Origin: Phormidium sp.
GTDB lineage: Bacteria > Cyanobacteriota > Cyanobacteriia > Cyanobacteriales > Aerosakkonemataceae
DNA: 64,000 nt
NCBI GenBank assembly: GCA_051013385.1
Contig: CP143273.1
Location: forward strand, 864,001-928,000
Reading direction: 5' to 3'
Part shown: one piece after another, positions 54,634 through 64,000 of the stretch
Layout of the letters: the number at the start of each line of letters is the position of its first letter
Position numbering within the stretch: position 1 is the first letter of the stretch
The notes under the pieces: model-generated
Seen by the model: the letters and a program-made list of their open reading frames with translations, nothing else
The model's database searches: none
Told to the model about the DNA's origin: nothing
Program-made: the position numbers and the translations under genes

Positions 54634-55266
54634 ATGCCAAGTGGTAGGACGCACGATCGCATAACTTTATGGATATTACCTGTAGTGGCTGTTCTGACGT
54701 TCGGACTGACCCAAAGTGGTTCTCTCACGTTGCTAGTCTCCGGGGGTTTTTTGTTTGGTGGGCTGATGTTTGGGCCAGATTTAGATATTTACTCGCGCCA
54801 ATTCCAGCGTTGGGGCTTTTTGCGCTGGATATGGATTCCTTATCAGAAAAGTCTGCGCCATAGGTCATTTTTATCGCATGGGCCGATTATTGGGACGGCG
54901 TTGCGATCGCTCTACCTCACCCTTTGGATTATTATCTTAGGCGGATTGGTAATTTTAATTGCTGATTTGTTCGGAGTAGAAACTACTGGCTGGAAAAGTA
55001 GCACTAAGTTAGCCTTAGCCTCTGTCTCACAATATAAAGCTGAAGGAATCGCTTTATTGCTGGGATTAGAATTAGGCGCAATGAGTCATTCTTTGTCTGA
55101 CTGGGGTGGTTCAGCGGTGAAGCGTTTCAAAAATAGTAAGTCTAAAGCAGCTTTGCCACAGTCGTCTAGGGTACAAAAGCGATCGTCCTCTAAACTCCCC
55201 AAACCAAAAATAGAGAAACAAACCACGAAGACACGAAGAACACGAAGTAAAAGAAGCGGTTCGTAG
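54634..55266 (+). CDS. DUF2227 metal-binding membrane protein
   Basis: PSGRTHD, PDLDI, HRSFLSHG, SHSLSD. Confidence 0.85.
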   Translation: MPSGRTHDRITLWILPVVAVLTFGLTQSGSLTLLVSGGFLFGGLMFGPDLDIYSRQFQRWGFLRWIWIPYQKSLRHRSFLSHGPIIGTALRSLYLTLWIIILGGLVILIADLFGVETTGWKSSTKLALASVSQYKAEGIALLLGLELGAMSHSLSDWGGSAVKRFKNSKSKAALPQSSRVQKRSSSKLPKPKIEKQTTKTRRTRSKRSGS

Positions 55267-55319
55267 TACGTTGTTGCGCTTCAGCGCTAGATAAGAGCGC
55301 TGAAGCGCAACAACGTACT
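55265..55319. repeat. long inverted repeat between convergent genes (possible bidirectional terminator)
   Basis: AGTACGTTGTTGCGCTTCAGCGCT...AGCGCTGAAGCGCAACAACGTACT. Confidence 0.75.
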
Positions 55320-55322
55320 GTT

Positions 55323-56327
55323 TTACTTGACGAATTGGGGCATAATTTCTGCTGCGGTAAATAAGCCGTAAATACTTCTTTGATTTAAGGCTATTCCAGC
55401 TTTCAGATAACCGAAGGCGGGGCCACACACATTGGCTGCCATGCTGGTTTCATCGCCTAAAGTGAAGGTATGGGTGGAAGTTTTGCCTTCAAAGGTTCTT
55501 CCTGTGATTTGAACGTTGGTGCTCAGGGGTTTTTTCGGGTTGCGGGTATCGACGACTCCGCCGACGGTGACGCGATCGCGCGGACAAATTCCCGCTAGTT
55601 CCAGCATAATATCGTCAGCGTGCTCCATATTTTCTAAAGCTAAAATGCCGTTAGTTTCATCCAGTAACGCTTCTACTTCGGCATCGCTCATCGCTACCGC
55701 CTTCTCTACGTTGTAACCTGGAATATGGGCGATATCTTCCCGAATTGTCGCCCGATAAGCTTCCCAGTTAGCAATTCCCACGCCAAAGGTAATTTTTACA
55801 GAGTGAATTTCGGCATAACTTTGTGCTGCTAAAGCTGCTGCTGCGGTTAACAACCCTGGAGTTGCACCACATCCAGCCATGTAAGTAATCCCTGCTGCTT
55901 GTAAACTTTCTTTTAATTGCAGCATTTGTTCCACTGCACTGGTACGCTTGAGAGCATCGACTAAAACTCCGCGCCAACCAGATTGAATGATTTCCTTGAC
56001 TACAGAAGCCATAAAAGTATTCGGTAGATTAGGTAAGGCGAGGAAGTACCCATCTACATCTGCTTGGGTGATTAACTCAGAAATACTGTTGTTGCTTAAA
56101 GTACCGCCTGCTTCTAAGTAGCCGAGAGAACCTTGTGCTTGGTAGGTGGTGATGCAGGTATCGGGATTTAAACCTCTCGGGTCGTAAGCATAACCTTTTT
56201 TATCTGCCGCTGCTACCCAAATCATTTCCTGCTTGGGGGCGAGTATTCTAGCGGCTGCTTGTCCTAAGCCACCAAAACCGAGTACTCCTACACGAATCGG
56301 GCTTGTGAGTTGTTGTAGATTCATCAT
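55323..56327 (-). CDS. bioU: BioU, dehydrogenase-fold biotin biosynthesis enzyme
   Basis: GFGGLG Rossmann motif; [32 protein letters not shown]. Confidence 0.8.
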   Translation of the reverse strand: MMNLQQLTSPIRVGVLGFGGLGQAAARILAPKQEMIWVAAADKKGYAYDPRGLNPDTCITTYQAQGSLGYLEAGGTLSNNSISELITQADVDGYFLALPNLPNTFMASVVKEIIQSGWRGVLVDALKRTSAVEQMLQLKESLQAAGITYMAGCGATPGLLTAAAALAAQSYAEIHSVKITFGVGIANWEAYRATIREDIAHIPGYNVEKAVAMSDAEVEALLDETNGILALENMEHADDIMLELAGICPRDRVTVGGVVDTRNPKKPLSTNVQITGRTFEGKTSTHTFTLGDETSMAANVCGPAFGYLKAGIALNQRSIYGLFTAAEIMPQFVK

Positions 56328-56781
56328 TCTTAACCTTAAATTTAAAGACGACCTTTAATTATCGAGCCATTTAGCTTAGGTGAGAGTTATTGAAAAATTT
56401 TATTAATATCATGTTTGTTGTCTATGTAACAAATCTTATTATATATTTAGTGTAAGTGTTGAAATAAAGACACTATATATAGTGGCTAAACGATTGAGGG
56501 GGCCAAAGACAGTACTGATGGTCAGAGAAGAATCAACGTTTTTCCGGCTGGGAGGTCTGTCTGGGGGTATCTTGACTGCTCTTGCAAGTTAAGCGAAACT
56601 GTCAAATAATTGAGGGATTAATCGCGTAAATAATAAGTTGTGTTGCGCTTTGATTCGATTTGCCTATTTAGGTAAAGTGAGTTAAAGACGAAATTGTTAG
56701 CTTCTCGATCGAGAAGCTGCGATCGCACTTTTTAAGTGCTATTGCTGAGTTCAATGAGTTATGTAGGTTACAACCAAGAGC

Positions 56782-56991
56782 ATGGAAACACTAGAGTTTA
56801 TCATTTATCCCGATGGGCGAGTAAAAGAAAAAGTTACTGGCATTATAGGGAATTCCTGTGCTGAGGTTACTGCTGCGATCGAAGCTCAACTTGGACAAGT
56901 ACTAAGTCAGGAGGAAACTTCTGAGTATTTTGCTCAAGTGTTAGAGCAATCAAACACAGCAACGACCCAAGCGACTTTTAGTGAATGGTAA
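56782..56991 (+). CDS. DUF2997 protein
   Basis: IYPDGRV.E.V.GI.G.SC.E.T..IE..LG. Confidence 0.85.
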   Translation: METLEFIIYPDGRVKEKVTGIIGNSCAEVTAAIEAQLGQVLSQEETSEYFAQVLEQSNTATTQATFSEW

Positions 56992-57035
56992 GTTGTTTTT
57001 TTGCAAATTTTACTTTGTTTTAATCATCAGAAACT

Positions 57036-57422
57036 ATGTCACACTTTAGCCAAATTAAAACTCAACTCCGTAACCTTGTCTCCCTGGAAACTGCTTTGAC
57101 AGATTTAGGGATTGATTGGAAATCTGGCCCTTGTCCGGTGCGTGGTTATCGCGGTCAAACCATTAATGCTGAAATTGCGATCGAGCAGGAAAATGGTTAC
57201 GACATTGGCTTTAGATGGAATGGCAACGAATATGAGTTAGTTGCCGACTTACAGTATTGGCAGCAACCCATCTCTGTAGATAGATTTTTAAACAAAATCA
57301 CTCAGCGTTATGCTTTCCAAACTGTATTAAATGAAACCGCTAAACAAGGTTTCCAAGTTGCTGAACAACAAAAAAATGAAGATGGTTCGATTCGCTTAGT
57401 AGTACAACGCTGGAGGGGCTAA
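57036..57422 (+). CDS. ycf35: DUF1257/Ycf35 protein
   Basis: MSHFSQIKT, DIGFRWNG, DGSIRLVVQRW. Confidence 0.85.
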   Translation: MSHFSQIKTQLRNLVSLETALTDLGIDWKSGPCPVRGYRGQTINAEIAIEQENGYDIGFRWNGNEYELVADLQYWQQPISVDRFLNKITQRYAFQTVLNETAKQGFQVAEQQKNEDGSIRLVVQRWRG

Positions 57423-57874
57423 TGTCCGACTTTTCTCCGGGATTAGGAGATGATGGCGGCGTAGCTCGATCGGGCCTAGAACCAGAGTTAGGTGGTTTTC
57501 TCAGAAACGATCCAGAACGCTCTGGTTTTGAGCCTGAACTTGGTGGTGTACTCCGACAAAAGGGTGTTTATGTAGATGAGATTACCTGCATTGGTTGTAA
57601 GCATTGCGCTCACGTTGCGCGTAACACTTTTTACATAGAACCTGATTATGGTCGATCGCGAGTAGTTCGGCAGGATGGTGACTCGGAAGAGTTGGTTCAA
57701 GAAGCAATTGATACTTGTCCTGTCGATTGTATTCACTGGGTAGACTACACAGAGTTGAAAAAACTGGAAGCAGAACGCCAGTACCAGGTAATTCCAATGG
57801 CTGGGTTCCCAGTAGATCCGGCAATGGTTACTGCCAGAAGCCGTCAACAAAAGCGCAGGTCAAAAAAGCACTAA
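57422..57874 (+). CDS. single-cluster ferredoxin-like protein
   Basis: VDEITCIGCKHC...AIDTCPVDCIHW. Confidence 0.88.
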   Translation: MSDFSPGLGDDGGVARSGLEPELGGFLRNDPERSGFEPELGGVLRQKGVYVDEITCIGCKHCAHVARNTFYIEPDYGRSRVVRQDGDSEELVQEAIDTCPVDCIHWVDYTELKKLEAERQYQVIPMAGFPVDPAMVTARSRQQKRRSKKH

Positions 57875-57977
57875 ATTTGGTTTTTCATGCTTTCTTGGTT
57901 GCAGATTATACTGATAAAGGCTGTTTTGAGCAGCCTTTTTTGTTGAACGCAGAAGGGAAGAAAGGCAGAAGGTTAAA

Positions 57978-58193
57978 CTCAGATTTTGCAGCAATGGAGG
58001 TAGAACCTCCTTTCACCTCGTTCCCAGGTTGAACCTGGGAACGAGAAACAACGAGAAACAGGCTTTTTGAAGGCTCCAAGGCAGAAGGGCAGAAGGGCAA
58101 AAGGGCAGAAGGAAAAAGGTTTGGTTGATCTCGTTCCCAGGTTCAACCTGGGAACGAAAAACAGAGGCTCTGCCTCTTGGTGGCAGATCTCAG
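57978..58193. repeat. composite palindromic element, same family as 52970-53069
   Basis: Two CTCGTTCCCAGGTT.AACCTGGGAACGA palindromes between termini resembling CTCAGATCTTGCACC. Confidence 0.75.
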
Positions 58194-58271
58194 TTTTAGG
58201 AATTGGGATAAGATAACGTTGAAAGAGTAAAAACTAAAATCTAAAATCCAAAATCTAAAATCTAAAATCGA

Positions 58272-58553
58272 ATGGCTATTAGTTTTGCAATGCGAGTTTC
58301 AGTGCCGGAAGATGTTTTAATTCGGGAATTAGATGGGGAATCGGTGATTTTAAACCTGAAGAGTGAACATTATTTTGGTTTGGATGAGGTGGGGACTCGG
58401 ATGTGGGAAGTGCTTTCTACTTCGGAAACGATCGCAGCTGCATATCAAAGTTTATTATCAGAATATGATGTAGTTCCTGAGCAGCTAGAAACCGACTTGT
58501 ATAATTTGCTTCAACAGTTGGTAGAACATGGGTTGATCGATGTCAGCAATTAA
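58272..58553 (+). CDS. PqqD-family RiPP recognition element (lasso B1)
   Basis: ESVILNL...YFGLDEVGTRMWE...L.SEYDV. Confidence 0.9.
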   Translation: MAISFAMRVSVPEDVLIRELDGESVILNLKSEHYFGLDEVGTRMWEVLSTSETIAAAYQSLLSEYDVVPEQLETDLYNLLQQLVEHGLIDVSN

Positions 58554-59004
58554 TAATTGGCGGAAGTTAAAATCACTTTCTTGGTCAGAACTAATGCTAC
58601 TGATACAGGCGTTGTTGTTACTGCCATTGGTAGCTTTTGGGATAAAATGTTTTGGGTTTAGACGGTTGTATGGAGCGATCGCTAATCTTAACCGCAGGAA
58701 AGATAAAGTGCAAGAGAGAGAGGGAATTAAGCAAGCTAGGGCGGTGGCTAAATTAATAGAAATTGCTAGCAGACATGGTTTATATAAACCTAATTGTTTA
58801 CAGAAATCTTTGCTGCTTTGGTGGTTATTGCGGCGACGAGGTATAGAAAGTGAATTGCGAATTGGTGTTAGAAAAAAATCAGGACTTTTAGAAGCTCATG
58901 CTTGGGTAGAATATCAGGGTTGTGTTTTGAACGATCGCAGCGATGTTGACCAACATTTTGCGCCTTTTGCTGGGGCAATTCTACCAGTTGAGGTAAAAAT
59001 ATAA
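58540..59004 (+). CDS. lasso leader peptidase (B2, transglutaminase-like)
   Basis: NCLQKS, LRIGV, AHAWVE. Confidence 0.92.
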   Translation: MSAINNWRKLKSLSWSELMLLIQALLLLPLVAFGIKCFGFRRLYGAIANLNRRKDKVQEREGIKQARAVAKLIEIASRHGLYKPNCLQKSLLLWWLLRRRGIESELRIGVRKKSGLLEAHAWVEYQGCVLNDRSDVDQHFAPFAGAILPVEVKI

Positions 59005-60854
59005 TGAGCGGTATTGTCGGGATAATTAATCGGGATGGAAAACCAATTAACCCTGATTTATTGCAGCGAATGACTGACTTTATTAGCTATAGAGGGCCTG
59101 ATGCTCAACAAATTTGGGTTGATGGCAATGTGGGTTTTGGTCATGCAATGCTACGAACTACTAAAGAGTCTTTAGAGGAGAAACAACCTTTTAGTTTAGA
59201 TGGGATTTGGATTACTGGTGATGCCAGAATTGATGGTCGAGAGGAGTTAATTGAAAAGTTAAAGATTAATGCGGTAACAGATGTAGAATTGATTTTGCGT
59301 GCTTATCAAGTTTGGGGGGAAGATTGCGTTCAATATTTGTTAGGTGATTTTGCTTTTGCGATTTGGGATGAAAGAGAGCAAAAGTTATTCTGTGCTAGAG
59401 ATCATTTTGGGGTGAAACCTTTTTATTATGCAGAAGTTGGGAATTGTTTAATTTTTAGTAATACGCTGAATTGTGTGAGAGTGCATCCTGATGTTTCGGA
59501 TGAATTGAATGAATTGGCGATCGCAGATTTTTTATTATTCGGTTATAACCAAGAACCTACTACAACTACTTTTGCCGATATCCAACGTTTACCACCAGCA
59601 CATTGCTTAACGTCATCAAAAGAAAGCTTACAAATTAAACGTTACTGGACATTGCCCACTGATGGTTTTATTAGGTACAAACGGGCAGAAGATTATGTGG
59701 AAAATTTTCAAGAGTTAATGGAAAAAGCGGTTAGTGACAGACTGCGAACAAATCAAATTGCTGTCTCGATGAGTGGGGGAATGGACTCTACAACTATAGC
59801 CGCTACAGCTTGCCAATATCTACACAAACAAGGCGATATTTTTGATTTAAGAGCTTTCACCGTTGTCTATGATAAATTGATTCCAGATCAAGAACGTTAC
59901 TATTCGGGGTTGGTAGCAGAAACTTTGGGGATTCCGATTCATTACTTGGTTGCTGACAGTTATACTTTGTTTGGACAAGTAGAACAACCCTTGTTGCAAC
60001 GTCCCGAACCTAGTAGTTTTTCTTGGTTAGCAATTGTTGCAGACCGCTTACAAGAAATTGCGGCCTATAGTAGAGTTCTATTAGATGGAAATGGTGGCGA
60101 TCCAGTTTTTTCTTCTTGGGGTGCTTACTTTTATTTTGCTCATCTAGTGAAAAACTGGCAATTCGATCGCGCGATCGGAGATACGGTTGAGTATGTTGTC
60201 TCTCATAAAAGACTACCCCAACCGGGAGTGCGATCGCGCCTGAAGCAATGGTTAGGTATTCGCCCTCCGCTACCTGCCTATCCCAAGTGGATAAACTCTG
60301 ATTTTTCGGCTAAATTGGACTTGCCTGGAAGATGGGAACAGTTTTATCGGGAAAAACCGCTAATTCATCCAATCCGTCCAGAGGCATATCAACAGCTTAC
60401 CAATTCAGGTTGGCCTTATCTGTTTGAAAATAATGATCCAGGAGTAACAAGTTTGCCTGTGGAGGTACGATATCCCTTTTTTGACCTGCGTCTGGTAAAT
60501 TATCTATTGGCAATTCCACCAGTTCCTTGGTGCTTGCATAAAGAACTGATGCGGGTGGCGATGAAGGGTATTTTACCGGAGTCGGTGCGGATGCGTCGGA
60601 AAAGTCCCTTGTTGGCAGATCCCACAACTGCACTTTTGCAGCAAACTGGAACGCAAGCGATCGATCGATTTGAAGCTGCACCAATGTTAGCTAAATATGT
60701 CGATCGAAATACTATATCGTTAGTTTCAGGAACAGAACAGGGTGCAATTGAAGCCTGGATTAATCTGCAACCATTGAATCTCAACTATTGGTTACAAAAT
60801 CTGGCTCTAGTTAACCATAAATCAGCAAAGGATAAACAATATGAATTCCAATAA
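59004..60854 (+). CDS. lasso cyclase (asparagine synthetase-like)
   Basis: SGGMDS ATP motif; RYPFFDLRLV; N-terminal Ser instead of the glutaminase Cys (MSGIVG). Confidence 0.9.
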   Translation: MSGIVGIINRDGKPINPDLLQRMTDFISYRGPDAQQIWVDGNVGFGHAMLRTTKESLEEKQPFSLDGIWITGDARIDGREELIEKLKINAVTDVELILRAYQVWGEDCVQYLLGDFAFAIWDEREQKLFCARDHFGVKPFYYAEVGNCLIFSNTLNCVRVHPDVSDELNELAIADFLLFGYNQEPTTTTFADIQRLPPAHCLTSSKESLQIKRYWTLPTDGFIRYKRAEDYVENFQELMEKAVSDRLRTNQIAVSMSGGMDSTTIAATACQYLHKQGDIFDLRAFTVVYDKLIPDQERYYSGLVAETLGIPIHYLVADSYTLFGQVEQPLLQRPEPSSFSWLAIVADRLQEIAAYSRVLLDGNGGDPVFSSWGAYFYFAHLVKNWQFDRAIGDTVEYVVSHKRLPQPGVRSRLKQWLGIRPPLPAYPKWINSDFSAKLDLPGRWEQFYREKPLIHPIRPEAYQQLTNSGWPYLFENNDPGVTSLPVEVRYPFFDLRLVNYLLAIPPVPWCLHKELMRVAMKGILPESVRMRRKSPLLADPTTALLQQTGTQAIDRFEAAPMLAKYVDRNTISLVSGTEQGAIEAWINLQPLNLNYWLQNLALVNHKSAKDKQYEFQ

Positions 60855-61005
60855 TCAAACATTCTCCAAAAAAAGCTATCACAGCCCTAAATTAGTTATT
60901 TACGGTGATATCCGTCAACTAACAACTAGTCAGAACATATCCACACCTTACAGGGATGCGGCTGCGATTACAGATTTCCCTAGTAACAAGACGACCTTTT
61001 CTTGA
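60841..61005 (+). CDS. lasso peptide precursor (54 aa, not in ORF track)
   Basis: MNSNNQTFSKKSYHSPKLVIYGDIRQLTT-SQNISTPYRDAAAITDFPSNKTTFS*; YxxPxL..YG.....T leader; AAGGA SD. Confidence 0.9.
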   Translation: MNSNNQTFSKKSYHSPKLVIYGDIRQLTTSQNISTPYRDAAAITDFPSNKTTFS

Positions 61006-61044
61006 GGTAAAAGACAGCCACCTAATCAGTACCACAATAAACTA

Positions 61045-62001
61045 GTGTTTTCTTATTATGTGTATGGTCTACAACTGCATTCTGATAAAATAATTCCGGG
61101 GTTAGTGCCTTTACAAACTACCTCTGAAGTAGATGTTAGGGTGTGGTTAGATTTGATGCCATCTTGGTTGGATGAAACTATCCAGCTGGCAGAAGGGAAA
61201 AGGGTAATAGAATTGCGGGATGGTGCTTATCTGCGAATTACTTATGAAGATGGTACCAAATTCATTGTTGAGCGATCGGGCAAAGAAATTTGGGCAACTT
61301 GGCCCGATAATTTAACTTTAGAAGATACCGCTACCTACCTGCTGGGGCCAATTTTAGGCTTTGTGTTGCGTTTGCGTGGTGTTGTTTGTTTGCACGCCAG
61401 CAGCATCCAAGTTGCCGATAAGTGTATTGCTATAGTTGGCGCAGCAGGTGCGGGGAAATCTACAACGGCTGCGGCTTTTGCGAAAGCTGGTTTTGCCATC
61501 CTATCAGATGATGTTGTACCACTTGTGGAACGGGATAACTGTTTTTTGGTACAACCAGCTTATCCGCGTGTGCGCCTGTGGCCTAACTCGGTAGAGATTT
61601 TGTACGGGATGCCGGATGCTTTGCCTTGTTTGACACCGAACTGGGATAAACGTTATTTAGATTTAACTCAAGAGGGTTTTCAATTTCAGCAGCAACCTTT
61701 ACCTTTAGGTGCTATTTATATTTTGGGCGATCGCACTACAATTTCAGAAGCTCCTTTTCTTGAAGTTATGCTTGCTCATCAAAGTTTAATTGCCTTAGTG
61801 ACAAACACTTATGCTAATAGTTATTTGGATAAAGTAATGCGTGCTCAAGAATTCGATTTTTTAAGTCGAGTTGTGACAAATGTGCCAATACGAAAGGCGA
61901 TTTCTAACACTGATCCAGCCTATCTGTCAAAGTTTTGCCATATAATTTTAAAGGATTTTCAGGTAATCGATAGTAGTGATAAATCACCAATTACCAATTA
62001 G
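61045..62001 (+). CDS. HPr-kinase-like RiPP kinase
   Basis: LHASS, GAAGAGKST, LSDDV. Confidence 0.85.
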   Translation: MFSYYVYGLQLHSDKIIPGLVPLQTTSEVDVRVWLDLMPSWLDETIQLAEGKRVIELRDGAYLRITYEDGTKFIVERSGKEIWATWPDNLTLEDTATYLLGPILGFVLRLRGVVCLHASSIQVADKCIAIVGAAGAGKSTTAAAFAKAGFAILSDDVVPLVERDNCFLVQPAYPRVRLWPNSVEILYGMPDALPCLTPNWDKRYLDLTQEGFQFQQQPLPLGAIYILGDRTTISEAPFLEVMLAHQSLIALVTNTYANSYLDKVMRAQEFDFLSRVVTNVPIRKAISNTDPAYLSKFCHIILKDFQVIDSSDKSPITN

Positions 62002-62003
62002 CA

Positions 62004-63152
62004 ATGTATAGTATTTCTGGATATGGCAGCATGATTGCTGACAAAGGACGTATGGATGCTTATGTTAAAGCGTTGCGTCAAACAGTAAAACCCAATTCTG
62101 TAGTAGTAGATATCGGAACTGGTGTTGGAATTTTTGCTTTGCTTGCCTGTCAGTTTGGGGCGAAAAAGGTTTACGCTATTGAACCTAGTGATGCTATCCA
62201 AGTAGCGAAGGAAATTGCTAGAAAAAATGGATATGGCGATCGCATTATTTTTATTCAAGATATCTCAACTAAGGTAAAAATCCCCGAACTCGCTGATGTA
62301 ATTGTTTCTGATATTCGCGGAATGTTGCCATTATTCCAGCAACATATTCCTACAATTATAGATGCGAGAAAACGTTTGCTTGCTCCGGAGGGAATTCTCA
62401 TTCCTCAGCGTGATACCTTGTGGGCAACAGTAGTGGAAGTGCCGCATTTGTACGATCGCATTGTCAATGTTTGGGATAATAATATTTATGGTTTAAACAT
62501 GACAGCGGCGCGACAAATTGTAATTAATAATTGGGGTAAAGGTTGGGTAGCACCAGCGCAACTTTTAACTGTGCCGCAATCTTGGGCAATCTTAGATTAT
62601 CCTACTATAGAAAGTCCTGATGTTACTGCCGAATTAAGTTGGAATGTAGCGCGGAGTGGAACAGGTTACGGAGTTAGTATTTGGTTTGATGCTATTTTAG
62701 CAGAAGGGGTGGGTTTTTCTACTGCGCCTGGTATGCCGGAACTGGTTTATGGCAGTGGTTTTCTTCCTTGGTTAAAGCCTGTTTTTTTAGAAGTTGGTGA
62801 TACAATTTCGCTAAATTTGCAAGCTAATTTGGTTGGTAATGATTATATTTGGCGGTGGAATACTTGTGTTTTAGATCAGGGTGATTCTAGTCAAGTTAAG
62901 GCGAATTTTCAGCAATCAACTTTTTTTGCTACGCCGCTTTCTCCAGTACAATTGCATAAGACTAGTTCTGCTTATTTGCCCAGTTTGAATGAAGATGGAG
63001 AGATCGATCGCTTAATTTTAAATTTGATTGGTGATGGCTTGGTGTTAGGTGATATTGCTACTCAAGTTCAGGAAAAATTTCCTACTTGCTTTGCTAATTG
63101 GCAAGATGCTTTAACAAGGGTGGGTAATCTGGCTCAGAAATATAGTAAATAA
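62004..63152 (+). CDS. class I SAM methyltransferase with PRMT-like architecture
   Basis: MIAD..R..AY, VVDIGTGVGI, KVYAIE, DVIVSD, L.P.G.LIP, WFD. Confidence 0.8.
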   Translation: MYSISGYGSMIADKGRMDAYVKALRQTVKPNSVVVDIGTGVGIFALLACQFGAKKVYAIEPSDAIQVAKEIARKNGYGDRIIFIQDISTKVKIPELADVIVSDIRGMLPLFQQHIPTIIDARKRLLAPEGILIPQRDTLWATVVEVPHLYDRIVNVWDNNIYGLNMTAARQIVINNWGKGWVAPAQLLTVPQSWAILDYPTIESPDVTAELSWNVARSGTGYGVSIWFDAILAEGVGFSTAPGMPELVYGSGFLPWLKPVFLEVGDTISLNLQANLVGNDYIWRWNTCVLDQGDSSQVKANFQQSTFFATPLSPVQLHKTSSAYLPSLNEDGEIDRLILNLIGDGLVLGDIATQVQEKFPTCFANWQDALTRVGNLAQKYSK

Positions 63153-63237
63153 TAAATATTTTTATGAACCGCAGAGACGCAGAGAACGCAGAGGGAAGAA
63201 AAGGAGGATTTTATAATTTAAATAGGATGGCTATACT

Positions 63238-64000
63238 ATGAGAAAATTTAGCTTTTTGAAGCAGAAAGTAAGAAATGCGTTTAGTCAGCTTCCCTATTTA
63301 ATCAAGGCTTTTGATTTAGTTTGGCAAGCTGCAAAAAAATGGACAGTTATCTGGGCAATTTTGTTAATTATTCAGGGGTTGTTACCAGTTGCTACTGTTT
63401 ATTTAACTCGGCAATTAGTTGATAGTTTGGTAGCAGCTTTAAATGTTGGCGCTTCTAAGGAAAATGCGATCCCAATTTTAATTTTAGTTGTTTTAATGGG
63501 AGGAGTTTTATTATTAACTCAAGTTTTGGGAAGTTTCTTAAGTTGGGTGCGTGTTGTTCAATCAGAATTAGTTAAGGATTATATTAGTTATTTGATTCAT
63601 AAAAAGTCGTTGGAAGTGGATTTTGCTTTTTATGAATCGGCAGAATATTACGATCGCCTACACCGCGCCAGACAAGATGCGGCATTTCGTCCAACTGCGT
63701 TATTAGAAAATAGCGGAAGTTTGGTACAAAATGGCATTACTTTAATCGCAATGGCGGCAGTTTTAAGTCAATTTGGTGTTGGGATTCCGGCGGCTTTATT
63801 AATTAGTACTTTACCCGCTTTTGCAGTAATTTTAAATTATAGTAAACAAAATTATAACTGGTGGATAAAAGCAACTGCTGATGAAAGACGTAGTTGGTAT
63901 TACTATTGGTTACTCACAGAAAAAGATTCGGCTGCGGAATTAAGAATTTTTGAATTAGGTGATTATTTTCAGTCTGCTTATCAGAGTTTACGGCGTAAGT
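63238..64000 (+). CDS. ABC transporter permease/ATP-binding protein (partial, runs off right edge)
   Basis: Manual translation MRKFSF...; TM helices; D.AFYE..EYYDRLHRA; AAELRIFELG. Confidence 0.85.
   Translation, partial: MRKFSFLKQKVRNAFSQLPYLIKAFDLVWQAAKKWTVIWAILLIIQGLLPVATVYLTRQLVDSLVAALNVGASKENAIPILILVVLMGGVLLLTQVLGSFLSWVRVVQSELVKDYISYLIHKKSLEVDFAFYESAEYYDRLHRARQDAAFRPTALLENSGSLVQNGITLIAMAAVLSQFGVGIPAALLISTLPAFAVILNYSKQNYNWWIKATADERRSWYYYWLLTEKDSAAELRIFELGDYFQSAYQSLRRK

Noticed and set aside
59004..60854. Housekeeping asparagine synthetase asnB
   Set aside because: No N-terminal catalytic Cys, and it is flanked by B1, B2 and a precursor, so a lasso cyclase is the better call

Overview
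Chromosomal window from a cyanobacterium. The evidence is abundant HIP1 GCGATCGC octamers, psbM, STRR heptamer repeats, and an rRNA ITS carrying tRNA-Ile and tRNA-Ala; the repeat richness suggests a filamentous taxon. Core content is a complete minus-strand rRNA operon, lysC, pgk, rbgA/ylqF, psbM, bioU, a TolC-family gene, tRNA-Val and several signalling proteins. The main accessory features are: (1) a lasso-peptide-type RiPP cluster at 58.3-64 kb with an unlisted 54-aa precursor whose first acidic core residue is at position 10, plus an HPr-like kinase and a PRMT-like methyltransferase; (2) three Rpn/DUF4351 genes with conserved internal ribosome-binding sites, interleaved with HIP1-bounded repeats that enclose a toxin/immunity-like cassette; (3) an uncharacterised GTPase operon with twin small proteins and a Zn-finger gene, divergent from a wHTH-NB-ARC gene; (4) an ORF-less IS605-like remnant that may keep an omegaRNA region; (5) several toxin-antitoxin loci with a damaged or missing toxin; (6) many palindromic repeats, two of them inserted in frame in proteins. 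All family calls come from reading motifs by eye, not from database searches.
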